The notes under the pieces: model-generated | What the model saw: the letters and a program-made list of their open reading frames with translations, nothing else | Told to the model about the DNA's origin: nothing | The model's database searches: none | Translations under genes and position numbers: made by a program | Origin: Camelus dromedarius | Lineage: Eukaryota | Assembly (NCBI RefSeq): GCF_036321535.1 | Contig: NC_087464.1 | Span: 23,188,001 to 23,252,000 of the forward strand | DNA length: 64,000 nt | Direction: 5' to 3' | In this document: piece by piece, positions 1 through 11,769 of the stretch | Position numbering within the stretch: position 1 is the stretch's first letter | How the letters are laid out: every line of letters begins with the position of its first letter

Positions 1-3000
1 GAGAGGCTGAAGAGACAATAGAGGGGGAAACAGCTGATGGATATTGGTGCCTCAGGAGACAGGTAGGTTCAGCATCCATAGCACAGAGTGGGAGCATTAG
101 ATTAGGAGCTCTCCTTCTAATGGGATTCAAGAAGTGGAGAAACATGGGTGTGGTTCCACCTCCCACATATACCCTCCACTAGCCTTCTTCATGAGTAAAA
201 GGCTTTGGGATAGTAGTACAGTTTGGAATACTCCTCCCACGGAACAGAATAGGGAGCTGATGGGAAAGGGGAAGTGTTTCCAAAGTGATGAGGCTGGAGA
301 CCCTCCATGGAAGCAGAGCCAGCCTGCCCTGGTATGTGATGGCCACCAGAAGCTTTCTACATTCTGAGTATAGAATCCAGAGTTGGGGGGCCTGCTGCTG
401 AGGTGGGACAAACAAGCAAAGTGACATAGTAACTGAGGGCATGGGTCACAGAATGGTTAAAATCCTTAACCATGGGGTCCAGAAAAGACACAGAAGCTGT
501 CATGCTCATGGGACAGAGAAAATGGAGGTGTCAGAGAACCAGCTGTCTCCTTGAGGTCCCAAAGTAGGTAAAGCAGAAATTGGACTGTGGTCAGAGAAGA
601 ATACTAGAATTCAAGATTTCAGAGGTGGCTACATGCCAATGACGACCAGATTCACGTGTGGCTGGCAGAAAGGGTGGCTGAAGGAGGCATCACCTCCCAC
701 AAGACAATGGGATGTGGAGTGGGAGACTGTGGTCCAGCTTTAATGTCTTCCAGGAAAACAAAGAAGAGAGGCAGGGGGAGAGTGGGTACTAACTAGACTG
801 TAGGAGACTCAAGGGAGGAGACTCTAACCCTGGCTCCAATCTGACCCCCAAGCCTGGTCCCAGGCTTTCTCCCAAAGGTATACGCATGGTTACAGAGAAA
901 TCAGTGTAGCAAATTAGAGACGGTGGGAGAAGTCAGAGCACAGGGCAAGGCTGCCTTGTTTGTATATGGCTAGCCCTGAAAGAATTTAAGCTTGGGAGGG
1001 CTACAGAGGCTGAGGTCACAAGAATGGAAGGTTCCAGTCTCCTCTGCTCTTATTTCAGGGATAGCCTTTAAAATACTTGTATTTGTGGGGTGGGGGTGGG
1101 AGGGTACAGCAATGGCTGGTCTCTGCAAACCAAAGTTCCTAAACTGAAAAATGGGGAAAGTAGCAGTTTGCTCCTCAACTGAGAGTTTTTCATAATGTTG
1201 GGGGTATTAGAGGTGCTATATATCCCCCCAAAATGTAGGCCTAAGAAGCACCTCCTTAGTTATCAATAAGATAGCAAATACGACCTGAATTTTGCTTAAA
1301 AAAAAAAAAACAGATTACAATTTATTCCATTTCTTACTGTGTATCTGGGAGGACAGAAGGTCCCGCAATAGAGAAAGTGAGGTTCATGGCAGAGAGAAGG
1401 AAGTCAAGTCTGGCCTCAGATCAGGACCTGGGGTTAGTTCCAGGGCTCTCTTACTCACCAGCCCCTCCCTCCAAGCATGAGCTTCCCATGCTTGGCATAG
1501 AAATGGTCATTTTCTTCCTGCCTGCCTAGAGCCTGTCTGCTAAGATGGCAGTTTTCCCCTCTTGCTCTACCTCTGGTCCCCTTATCCCACACCCAGTCCC
1601 ACATCCCCAGCCCTAATGTCCCAGAACTCTGAATCATCCTTAGAAAACATCACTCTCCTGGCATCACTATCATTGTCCTATGATGACGCTTCAGTAGCCC
1701 CTACTGATCCTGTGCCTGGCATTCAAGGCCTTGTGTCGTTCAGCTACAAACCTCCCACCCACCACCTTTTACTTCTCTACCTGTTTCCCATACAACCCAG
1801 CTTCATACAAGAGAGATCATATCTAGCCATCCCCTCTGCTTCCAATGCCCCAAACCAGATCCCTGTCACTCCTCTAAATCCTACTAGCTTCTCATATCCC
1901 ACCTCATCTAGGAAGTCCTTCCAGACATCCCTGTTGTGCCTCCCACTGCTTAAATTTTGAACCAGTTATTGGGCACCAAGTACTCCCTCATTCTCACCCA
2001 ATCTCTACCTCACTCCCTCCTGGATGGGGCTTCCAGGAGGGACCCAGTACAGAACAGGGCACAGAGCACAGTCAATCATGTTCTTGCTCAAGACTTGGAC
2101 ACCCTCCCAAGGGGTGGGAGTGGAGCAACGGATGCCCTCCAGCAATCAGGCTAAGCCCACAGCTTCTGTCACCCCTGCTGTATCACACTTCCTCCAGGAA
2201 ACCTTCAGAGACTCCAGGCTGTCAGCAAGAAAGGAAGTTCTCTGTAGAGGAACTGCTGTGTGGAGGGGGCAGGGAAAGGGAGAGGAAGGCAGAGATAGTG
2301 GGGAGGAAAGGGAAAGGAAGAAGGAGAACTGATAGGGATGCTCTAAACTAGAACAAGCAGCTTCCTCAAGGGAGATCAATACTTAGTCCTATTATTTCAT
2401 CCCTAGAGAAAGATGCTGGCAAAGAGATGCCCAGAGAGGGGAATCAATTTGTTCAGAAGTGGCCAGCTGGCCCGCCAGGGAAAGGGTTAAAGAAACAGCC
2501 ACAGCATCCACAGCCCCTACCCAGAGCTCCCTTCCCAGGACCCTGCTAACTCTCCAAGGGTTTGCTAGACTTAAGAAGACCCTCTTTCTGTGGCCCATTC
2601 ACCAGAGACAGTCCTCTCTCAGCTCTTCAGGCTCACCAAAGCCAGATCAAATCTCAACTACAGAGATCTGTGTATCCCCAAACAAAATCTCTCTCCAGTC
2701 ATGCCTATGCAAGAACTATTTCCCTCTTTCAGAGGCCTGCCTCTTGGAAACAGAACAGGTAGGGCACAGGCTGCAAAATTCTCCAGGCTGGCCCACCCCA
2801 TGGGCACAGTCACATGGCTGGGCTCACAGGCTAGGCTCCCCAAAGGCTATGCTAAATTCCCACCTCTATGCCTTTGACCAGACCATTCCCCAGAAATGCC
2901 CTCTCCTACCTCTCCTCCCAACCAAATCTCACCACCTCCAAGAAGCTTACTATTCACTGGCTCTTGCCTCCCTTCTTCCTTATGCTCCTGGTGTCCACGG

Positions 3001-3552
3001 GAAAGTCCTGGCCCTCCCTAAACTCCTCAGCCTGGAGCTGGGCCATTACCGGTTTGAACGGCCTGAGTTAGCGAATTCTCAGTCCCAGACTCTACTTGGT
3101 TTCCCCAACTCCTAGATCAGGAGCTCCTAGAGGCAGGGGCAGGGATGGGTTCCCAAACATCTCACCCCCATCCTCGTGACCCACTCCTGCCAGCGTTGTA
3201 ATGCGCTTCTTCCGGCGCCCCCAAAACACCACCCCAAAGCCCTGGTGGACCCCAGGGTCAAGCCAATGCACCCATCCCCTGAAGCCCTGAGGCGGCTCAG
3301 ACCAGCGGGCCAAAGGTCTGCTGCCTCCGGGAGGCGGGGGTTGCAAGGGTGGGGAGTACAACCTGGGTCCACCTGCAGGCTCCTCTTGTGAGGAAAGACC
3401 AAAAGGAGGCTTCAGTCACCCCGCCTCCAGGCGCCCCCAACCCAGGCCGCGTGCACCATCCCCAGGAGGGGGAGGCCTGTTTCCAGGGGACGCCAGGTGG
3501 GCCTGGGGGTGTTGATAGAAGGCCCAAGGCCCAACTCCAGAATCCAAGGGTC

Positions 3553-3560
3553 TGACGTCA
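3553..3560. promoter_or_regulatory. Perfect palindromic CRE (CREB/ATF site)
   Basis: TGACGTCA about 260 bp into the putative SCAMP5 intron 1, at the CpG island edge. Confidence 0.5.
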
Positions 3561-3816
3561 TCTAAGACCCAGGTTCCCTCTGCTGGAGCCGGTAATGGGG
3601 ATGGTGGGGGTGGGGAGGCCTGGGAGCACCCGGGACGCTCTTCCTCCGCCCCAAACAGGGAAGGTCACCTCCACTCCCCATCTCTCCAGCTCCGCCTGCC
3701 TCCTGCATCCAAAGGTGAAGCGTAGGAGGTACAAAGCTGGAGATGCGGAGACCCTTTCGCCCTGTGCCCAACTTCGCTGCAAAGCCCTTCTCTAGGCCTT
3801 TAGGCCCGGGACTTAC

Positions 3817-3960
3817 CCGCCGCTGTCGCTCGGCAAAAGCCGCCGCGCTGCGCTGCGCTGCGCTGCAACCAGCGATGCGGCGCGGAGCCGGCCACAAGCC
3901 GCTCCGGGGCTGGGGGCGGGGTGCGCGCGCGCGCGCGCCTCGGGCCAGTTTCTCGCGCGC
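3817..3960 (-). other. SCAMP5: Probable non-coding exon 1 of SCAMP5; coding exons lie outside the window to the left
   Basis: Perfect minus-strand donor CGG|GTAAGT (plus strand acttac|ccg, 3811-3819) inside the CpG island. No SCAMP5 coding sequence is recognisable in 1-3800. The 5' end (TSS) is approximate and the identity rests on synteny. Confidence 0.6.
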
Positions 3961-3988
3961 CCGCGCCGCCCCTGCCTGCAACAGCCTC

Positions 3989-3998
3989 TCTCGCGAGA
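3989..3998. promoter_or_regulatory. TCTCGCGAGA palindrome (BANP / former ZBTB33-Kaiso motif)
   Basis: Exact 10-bp palindrome. Near-copies TCTCGCGCGC at 3951-3960 and GCTCGCGAGA at 4032-4041. Confidence 0.7.
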
Positions 3999-4071
3999 TT
4001 CCCGCGCTTCCTCTAGGGCTGCTCTGCCTGAGCTCGCGAGAAGGAAGGCCTGGCCGCCCCCGCACCTTACA

Positions 4072-4092
4072 GGAGCTGTCCGAGGTGCTAAA
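4072..4092 (-). promoter_or_regulatory. RE1/NRSE (REST-binding silencer element)
   Basis: Minus strand TTTAGCACCTCGGACAGCTCC versus consensus TTCAGCACCACGGACAGCGCC, with canonical 2-nt spacing. Fits a neuron-enriched gene such as SCAMP5. Confidence 0.85.
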
Positions 4093-4339
4093 TTCCCGGG
4101 ACAGCGCCCGATCAGGTGGTTTGAGGGCACCATGGGGACAAGAGCGAGGCAAAGAGGTCGAAGAAAAGACCCAGAAAAGGAGTCTGGTACCAATTACCAG
4201 AGCCTCAGCTTCCAAATCTGTAAACTGGGGAGAATAACCTTCCATGCCGGTCCCAAGAGCCGCTGAAACGAACCAAAAAGGAAGAGTGAGAGGGAGTTTG
4301 TAAGCAGGAGAGTGTGATAACTGATGAAGGCCCTTCAGA

Positions 4340-4720
4340 TCCACAGGCCCAAAGTGACAAGTAGAGGATGAAGGATAGAAGGTCAGAGATGAGACATAAA
4401 GAAACAGAAACGACACATAGACAAGGACACACAGATACACGGAAGGACAGACATAGAAAGACAAGAAAGGAGAACCTTGAAAATAAAGACATAGAAACAT
4501 GAAAAGGCAGAGATTTGGAGTGATCACAATTTGGAGAGAAAAAAGACAAGAAAAGATAGAGAAGAAAGAGCATGATAAAGTGAGAAAGAGGTAAGAAATA
4601 GAGATTGACAAGCTATGCAGAGCAATAGAAAGAGAGAGGCTTAGAAAGAGAAACAGAAAAGAAATAAAGAAAAGAGAAAGAAACTGTGATATACAGAGAT
4701 GAACACTGAAAGTGAGTAGA
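4340..4720 (+). repeat. GA/GACA-rich low-complexity purine tract
   Basis: About 380 bp dominated by AGA/GACA/AAAG units. It produces the spurious F/L/S-rich minus-strand ORFs. Confidence 0.8.
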
Positions 4721-5349
4721 GACCATGGTAAATGTTTAAAAACCCAGAACTAATAAGGGTTGAGAGAGACCCACTTGGAGTGATGAGGCTCGGAGTGAAA
4801 GACAGGATTTTATTGTGAGTGATGTTTATGCTGTAAACCTCCTGTGGGATATCTACAGCTTGACCCAGCCTCTGTCCTGCCAGCCAATGGCTCTTGCCCT
4901 CCACAGTACCCTCTGCCCACATCACCCTGGGCCTGGAAGGGGGCCTCAGTGGGTGGGAGACACTGTAAGGGATTCTTTGCCCAGAATAAGGGCTCTTTGT
5001 CTGACTCCAGCCTGCTGAGAGTGGGGCCTCACTCCCACAGCTGGGATAGAAAGGGGGCAGGAGTGAAGAAAGGCAGACAAGAATTAATGCAAAAGAGAGA
5101 AGAAAAAGGAGGGTGCTTCAGGGGCTGTGGAGGGTTGAGCAGAAAGCATAATCTATGCCAGTCAGGACAGAAGAGTCGTGGGCTGAAGGGCAGGACAACA
5201 GGGTTCTGCTTTTGGTCCTGTGCTTGGTCCACTCACATGGTCACTGCTGTCTATCCCTGCTTTAAGGCAAGCCTTAACTGATTTACAGAGTTGTGAGAGG
5301 ACCCAATGAAATGGTGAATAGGACCCTGAGGAGGTTATCAAGCATGGCT

Positions 5350-5545
5350 CTACAGGAGAGATGTTAGGTGTCCATGAGGGCCCCAGGAAAGATACATGGG
5401 TTCATATGAGTCTTCAGGAGAGGTATCTGATGTTCACAATGAAGGTTCGCAGTGGAGATGTCTTGGATCCACATGGGATTTACAGGAGATATCTTGTGGT
5501 CCTACAGGATAAATGTTTGGGTTCCCATCTGATGGCCACAAATGA
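5350..5545 (+). repeat. Degenerate ~32-bp minisatellite, about 6 units
   Basis: Recurring (T)ACAGGAGAGAT...GGTTC...ATG units spaced 31-34 nt apart, with one 21-nt truncated unit. Confidence 0.55.
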
Positions 5546-5799
5546 ATTTTCCCCTATTAGGAGAATTAGAAGGGCCTCCTATTTGGCTAACAACTGAGGC
5601 AGGAAAAGTGCCCAGGTCCAAAATAAGTAAGAAGCCCATCATTGTCCCAGTGGATCGCACCTTCAGAATCTGGGTAAATAGAAGAGAACAGTGCTTCATG
5701 AGTGACAATCATTTAAACAAACTTTTATTCAACAAGCATTTGCTGGTCACCTATGAGAAGCAGCATAGTGCAGTGTTTAAGAATATGGACCTAGAAGGC

Positions 5800-6030
5800 A
5801 GACTGCCTTCCCCATTCCAGTTGTGTACATTTAAGCAAGGCATTCATCCTTACTGAATCTTAGTTTTCCACATATGCAAAATAAAGATGATGATTAACAG
5901 TATTTATGTCTTACAGTTCCCATGAGGATGAAATGAATTAACACGTGTAGGCATATGTAACACATGGAATAGTGCATGGTACACAATATGTATTTAATAA
6001 ATGTTAGCTCGTACTATGTGCCATGCTCTG
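5800..6030 (+). mobile_element. MIR SINE fossil
   Basis: MIR core phrases (ttagttttcc...aaaataaagatgat...tgaggatgaaatgaatta...aataaatgttagct). Many similar MIR fragments occur elsewhere, e.g. ~16010, 18360, 33790, 39950, 46490, 63220. Confidence 0.6.
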
Positions 6031-6599
6031 GGGGCATGTCTGGGACATGTATTTCTCATGGAGAAAGGCAGGAGTGAAAAAGCTTGAGCCAAACCATACA
6101 ATAACACATTAAAAGCTTCTTCTCAAACGTGATGAATATCATATCTGCTCATGTGCCACATATCAAAGCATGACCTATGGCTAATGCATGGGCAACAGGG
6201 AAACCTGCTCCCTCTAGTGGATGCAAGGCATGACAAACACTAGGGATGTTTAATCCTATAGCAGGGAGGGAGCAAATGACTGGGAACAGTAAGACAGTCA
6301 CCCGTTAAGCCAGCTCCAGACTGCTGATATTTTTCTGCTCAGCTATGGCTGAATAAGGCATGTCCACCCAATGGTTTCTGCAAGAATATCTATGTTATAG
6401 GACAGTAAACAACTGGAAAGAAACGAAGACTGACATTTACTGAACCCTAAATATGTCTGAGTGAGATGCTAAGCCTCATGACTGTACTATAAAGTAAATG
6501 GTTTTATCCCCGTTTTGTAGATGAGGAAAGTGAGGTTCAGAGAGGTAAAGTGATCAAGGAAATAGAATGGATGTAACTAAGAAGAGGAAGAACAAGTAT

Positions 6600-6900
6600 G
6601 TTTAGGATGGGTTTCCCCAGAAGCATACACTGAGATAAGGATGTGAGTACAAATGATCTATTTGAGAGAGATCCCGGGAAGCACTAGTAGAGAAATGGAG
6701 GAATTTGAAACAAACAAATAAAAGTAACCCAATTCAGGGTGCAATAATGAGCAGGTTTCTACTGTGGGCAATAGTGGCTCGATCCTACTGGGGACCTCTG
6801 GGACATAGTGCAGAGTACAATGCAGTGGTCCTACCAAAAGAATGAGGAAACCAAGGGTTGAGGGCTGCTCCTGGCACTTCCAGATTTCCCTGTGTCTGAG
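6600..6900. mobile_element. Old MaLR LTR fragment (MLT1J/K-like)
   Basis: gggtttccccagaagcatacactgagataaggat motif typical of old MLT1 LTRs. Confidence 0.5.
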
Positions 6901-7461
6901 CAAAGAAAGCCCACAGGCAGAAAATCTCAGGGGCTTACACGCTCAAGACTATAAGAATAAGAATATATGCTCTAAGACTATAAGAAGCCATCAGGAATGG
7001 CTAGATGAGCACGCGAGGGCACTATACAGTAGCATATACTACAACCAAGATCTAAATCCAAGTCCGTCTGGCTCTCAAGCCACATCATGCTGCTGTTAGT
7101 CCTATGGAAGTTTGCAACCTGGAGTTTCCTTTCTTAAGAAAGAGACTCCTGCTCCCTCCACCTTACTCCATGCTCCTGGTCTTATGAGATGCCAAGTCTC
7201 TGACACTTCTGTAAGTATGTATGCCTGATAGCATAGCACTGAGCATACAGTGATGCAAATTCTTGCCTGTAGAGCCATGGCACTGTCAGAGCAATTCATT
7301 CAGTTCACTCATTGGTGGGCAACCTAGAGCTCAGAGGGTTCACTCTAGACCTCCCTCTACAGTGCCTCTCCCCGCCACACCTCCTTCCTACAACCTCACT
7401 CCCCATGTTTGTCTTCTCTCCCCAACCAGACTGGAACCTCCCCAAGGCAACCCACAGTATG

Positions 7462-8392
7462 CAAGAAAATATTTTCAAGTCACATATATAATGAGACTTT
7501 CATTTGGAATATATGAAGAATTCTTACAACTCAATAATAAAAAAAAAGATAATTTACTATAAAAATGAGCAAAGGATCTGAATAGAAATTCCTCCAAAGA
7601 AGATAGACAGATGGCTGATAAGCACATGAGAAAGCATGCTCAACATCATTAGTCATCAGGGAATGCAAGTCAAAACCACAATGAAATACCACTTCACATC
7701 CACTAGAATGGTTATAATCAAAAAGACAAATATTAATAAGTATTGATGGGAATGTGCAGAAATTGAAACCCNNNNNNNNNNNNNNNNNNNNNNNNNNNNN
7801 NNNNNNNNNNNNNNNNNNNNNNNNNNNNNNNNNNNNNNNNNNNNNNNNNNNNNNNNNNNNNNNNNNNNNNNNNNNNNNNNNNNNNNNNNNNNNNNNNNNN
7901 NNNNNNNNNNNNNNNNNNNNNAAGACTTGCAAATTCATTGCAATTTTATTCATAGTAGCTAAAAACCAGAAACAGCCATCAACAAGAGAATGAATTAAAA
8001 AAAAAAAACCAAGAGAATGAATAACCAAATTATTGTATATTCAGACCTTGGAATATGAATTAACAATAAAAATGAATAAGCAACCGATAACTACAACAAC
8101 ATGGATAAATCTCAAAAATATTATGTTGAGAAAAATAAGCCAGACCAAAAAATGTATACTATATGATTCCACTTATATGAAGTTAAAAACCAGAAAACTT
8201 AGTGTGATAGAAGAATAGTTGTTCCTGGCTGGGGATGGAGGTAGACTGACTGAAAAGGGACAGAAAAGAAATTTCTGGGGTAGTGGAAATATTCCAGATC
8301 TTGTTTGGGATGATAGTTATAAGGTATATAAAATCATCAAAACTTACCAAACTGAAAACCTAAGATCTGTGCATTTTGTTGATTATAACTCA
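7462..8392 (+). mobile_element. Old L1 (L1M-type) ORF2 end and 3'UTR fragment
   Basis: Hallmark L1 phrases: caacatcattagtcatcagggaatgcaagtcaaaaccacaatgaaataccacttcac and tatatgattccacttatatgaag. Contains N-run 7772-7921. Confidence 0.85.
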
Positions 8393-9349
8393 GGAAAGGA
8401 CTGCTAGCTTTAAAAATGGGGATCCCTCGGGTAGCTTGAGTCCAGAAAACATACATCATTCCAGACCTCCAAGCTCTTGCCTATACCGGAAACCCAGGTC
8501 AGAGACCACCTCTCACTGCTTCTCTTCTACCAGCAGTGCCTCCAGTAGACCACTTGGGGGCACTCACGCCTGCTCTTGCACTTGGCATCCTCTAACACTT
8601 GCAGAGCCAATTCTCCACCAGCTATGTTGCTCTGCTGGCAGCTGGAAGTGCTGGGCATTGGGTAGCCTGCTGGCCTACACACAGCTCATTTTCATCACCA
8701 TCACCTCTTGCAGGCTTGCCAGCAGCTCTGAACGTGTAAATACTCACTGCTCACGTGAGTTAGAACAGGAGTGCACTCCCCAACCTGCTCCCACTAACTG
8801 TCCAGAGAGAAAAAACACCCTTCACAAGTCCCAGCCTGGGTCTGGCCTGGTAAGCACTGACCTTGGTCGCTGGCTGAGCCCCTGGATACCAAATCCACAG
8901 AACACACTCCAGTCCTTACCTGCCTGACAATTTGGGTACATTGCAAAGCCAGTCTTGCTTTTCCTCCACAGTCTTCCTTCCCCCTCCTCAGTCCGATACC
9001 TTCTCCACTGGCAACTTTGCGCTCTGCAAAGCCCTGCACTACCTCTGAGGTGCCCGGAGCTCCCAGAGCTCTATCTCTGGTTTGAATTCTCTTCTGCATT
9101 CCAACCCCATCTCAAACTGGGACTCCAGACATTTTCCCTATATTTGTTCCTCTGTGATCCTGCCTCTAAAAATGGCCCTATCATCAGCGAGAAGACACAT
9201 TGACATCATGTACCTCCTGATAGGCGTCACTGATTTCTGTGATGTTCTTGCCCCCGAAATGCATAGCCTCAATCTAATCATGGGGAAAACATCAGACAAA
9301 CCCAAATTGAGGGAAAAAATAAGTGACCAGTACTCTTCAAAAATGATTG

Positions 9350-9700
9350 TGTCAACCCTCAGTTATCTAAGCCAGACCCCGGGAAATTAAGTCCTATCAA
9401 TTCTGCTTCAGAATCAATCCTCCTGTTTGCATCCCCACACCCACTATCCCATTTCATCGTCTCTGCAATAGTCTCCTCAAAGGTATTATATCCTCTAGTC
9501 TTTCACCACCTGACATCCTCTCAAGCCATTCTCCTCCAAGCAGTCACAGGGATCTTAGTCATGCCACTCTCCTCCTTAGGACCCTCCTGAGGCTCCCAAC
9601 CGTTCCTGTCACCCAGGACTGCTTGCAGTTCGAAGAATTCAGTTTCTCTTTTGCCTCCTTGCTTTTGCACATGCTGTTCCATCCTCTCTTCCCCTCACCT
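9350..9700 (+). mobile_element. L2 LINE fossil fragment
   Basis: cagtcacagggatcttagtcatgccactctcctccttaggaccctcctgaggctccc and tgcacatgctgttccatc phrases. Confidence 0.5.
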
Positions 9701-10249
9701 GACTCCCATCCCATCTGTTTTCCTAGAAATTTTGACTCTTCTTAGGACTGGAGCCCAGAGGACCTTCTCTAGTAGAAGCTGCTCTTTCTCCTCCCTCCAG
9801 GTACCATCAGGCCAGGTGCAGCATCCCATAGCCTGCTGGTTTCTCTCCAGCAGACACACCACACCCTGTGTCCCTCAACTTCCCACCCTCTGTCCTTCAT
9901 TGTTTCTGTCAACAGCTGGGCTTCGTTCATGTTGTCCCTGTGGCTGGCTGATTTCTACTCACCCTTTGAGGGCCGCCATGAGTCGCTCCTCTGGATGGCT
10001 CCCTGGACTAGATTCCTCTGCTTGGTGCTTCTCTCTCTGCCACGCAGGGCTGTTGTTACCTAGGTGCCCGATTCCTCATGAGACTGTGAGTTCCGGGGCA
10101 GGGGGGGAGGGAGCAGGTCCACCCCTGTATTGCTCACCGTCACCCCACTGCCAGTCTCAGGGAAAGGAGACCATGATCCAGCAGTGTGTTTGCGAAATGT
10201 TTAACAACTGGCTCTTTAGGGGAAGTATATATACATAAACATACACATA

Positions 10250-10443
10250 TATTTATTATAAGTTTTAATGATATGTGTATGTAACACACAAATTAATACA
10301 TAAAACCTGTTAAACAACAACTCTCCATTTCTCTCTCCTCCTCAGCTCCTGGTAACCACCATTCTACTTTCAAAATCAAAGTGAATTTGATTACTTTAAA
10401 TACTTCGTGTAAGTGGGATCATACAATATTTGTCTTTTTGTGA
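10250..10443 (-). mobile_element. L1M 3'UTR fragment
   Basis: cctggtaaccaccattctactt...aagtgggatcatacaatatttgtctttttgtga, the antisense L1 3' end. Confidence 0.7.
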
Positions 10444-10629
10444 ACAGCTTTTTTTAAAACAACTATCTTTTTCAAAACTTTCCAAAGCAGTAAAGTTAGT
10501 TTTCATAGAAATAATAACTCACTTTCCTTTTGCATTCATATTTCTTTGGTTTAGTTATATTTTATTAAATTATATTATTATAATAGCAAGTACAAAAGGC
10601 ATAAACAGGTCTCAATACATATTGAGAAT

Positions 10630-11065
10630 GTGTTAGTACAAGTCCTCAGAGAAGCTGACACCAAGATGAGATTAAATACACAAGACATTTATTAGGAGAA
10701 ACCATCTGTTAGAGAAAATAAAGGGGGAGTCAGGTGAGCCTAGGAGAACCATCAAACCATGCTACCTGTCTGACCCTGAGTGAAAAACAGAGGGAGGAAA
10801 GGAAGTTGGGTGGAAGCATCTTAAGACTGCAGTGCAATTCCGCACTGCAAGGACAGTTTGGGGATGCCACTGGGGAGTCCTCCAGCCAAAACCACCTATC
10901 TTCCATCCATCTCCTAGGAGTGAGCCTGCTTTTATATCCCATCTGTGCTCATTCATTAGGAGCCCACAGGAAATTTGGCCTTGGCCTTGGCACAAATGCA
11001 GTGATGGGTTTCAGACTGCAGCAGCTGGGTGCCTTTGTCGATTAAGTTCCCTATAATCAGAGATG
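10630..11065. mobile_element. MaLR LTR (MLT1H/I-like)
   Basis: gtcctcagagaagctgacaccaagatgagatt...atttattaggaga opening and MLT-like body. Confidence 0.5.
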
Positions 11066-11109
11066 TGAGAAGCCATTCTCGCGGCCACCACAGGTAGGAA
11101 CGCACAGCA

Positions 11110-11612
11110 GATTCTTGGTGTATAAGGTATGGATTTAGCTTGGCTACAGGTAACAGAAATCTCAAATAACAGTGACTTAAACAAGATAGGTCTTTTTATT
11201 ACATAATGAGAAGTCTAGGAATAAATGAGTTGGCTCAGTGACTTTAAGATTCAGGGTAGAAATCTGTAGATTTCTCGGCATTTCCCTCAGACTTTTGAGA
11301 GGCTTCCCAGCAACAGTCACCACGGCTTCATTGCGGGCAGCTGGAAAGAGGAAGGGCAAAGGGCCAAAGGGCAAGCCAGCTGAGTCTGTACCTCCATTTA
11401 ACCAGCTTTCCAGAAAGCCCGACCCAACAATTTCCATTTATCTCTCATTGTCCTTAACTGTCACATAGTCACTCTTATTTGGCAAGGAAGTGACTCTGTA
11501 ACACATTTTAGCTTTTTAACCAGGCACATTGTCTCTGCCAATAAAATCAGTGTTGTATTAGTAAGGAAGAAGGGGAGAATCAATACTGGGGAGGGTACCA
11601 GCAGCGTCTGCC
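11110..11612. mobile_element. MaLR LTR (MLT1K/L-like)
   Basis: gtaacagaaatctcaaataacagtgacttaaacaagatag start and cagcagcgtctgccaca end. Confidence 0.6.
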
Positions 11613-11769
11613 ACACAGTGAGCACGAACGCACTACAGAGTGGCGTGCTACCAAGTGGGTGCATTCGTGGGGCCATGGGCTTTGTTCTGGGTGCTGTCTG
11701 CAGCGGCAGTGGGGAGTTTAGCTTAGCTGATGACTCAGTGCCATGGAGGTGGTGATGAGCACTGCTACT

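Larger units (their letters stand above)
3100..4150. promoter_or_regulatory. SCAMP5: CpG island / promoter of a minus-strand gene (SCAMP5 by synteny)
   Basis: Very high GC and CpG density with GC boxes and a (GC)8 tract. It lies upstream of RPP25 in divergent orientation, as SCAMP5 does in the mammalian RPP25-COX5A-FAM219B-MPI block. Edges approximate. Confidence 0.75.

Noticed and set aside
3562-4611. 349-aa minus-strand ORF (and overlapping 164-aa plus ORF 3743-4237)
   Set aside because: Made of a low-complexity CT-rich tract plus a stop-poor CpG island. It has biased F/L/S then A/R composition, no domain, and crosses a clear splice donor.
6945-6986. Direct repeat aagactataagaa twice, 16 nt apart
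   Set aside because: The spacer has no poly(A) or element signature; most likely a local slippage duplication.
9651-10238. 195-aa plus-strand ORF
   Set aside because: Starts at TTG, overlaps L2-derived pyrimidine-rich sequence, has S/C/L-biased composition, and has no splice or promoter support.
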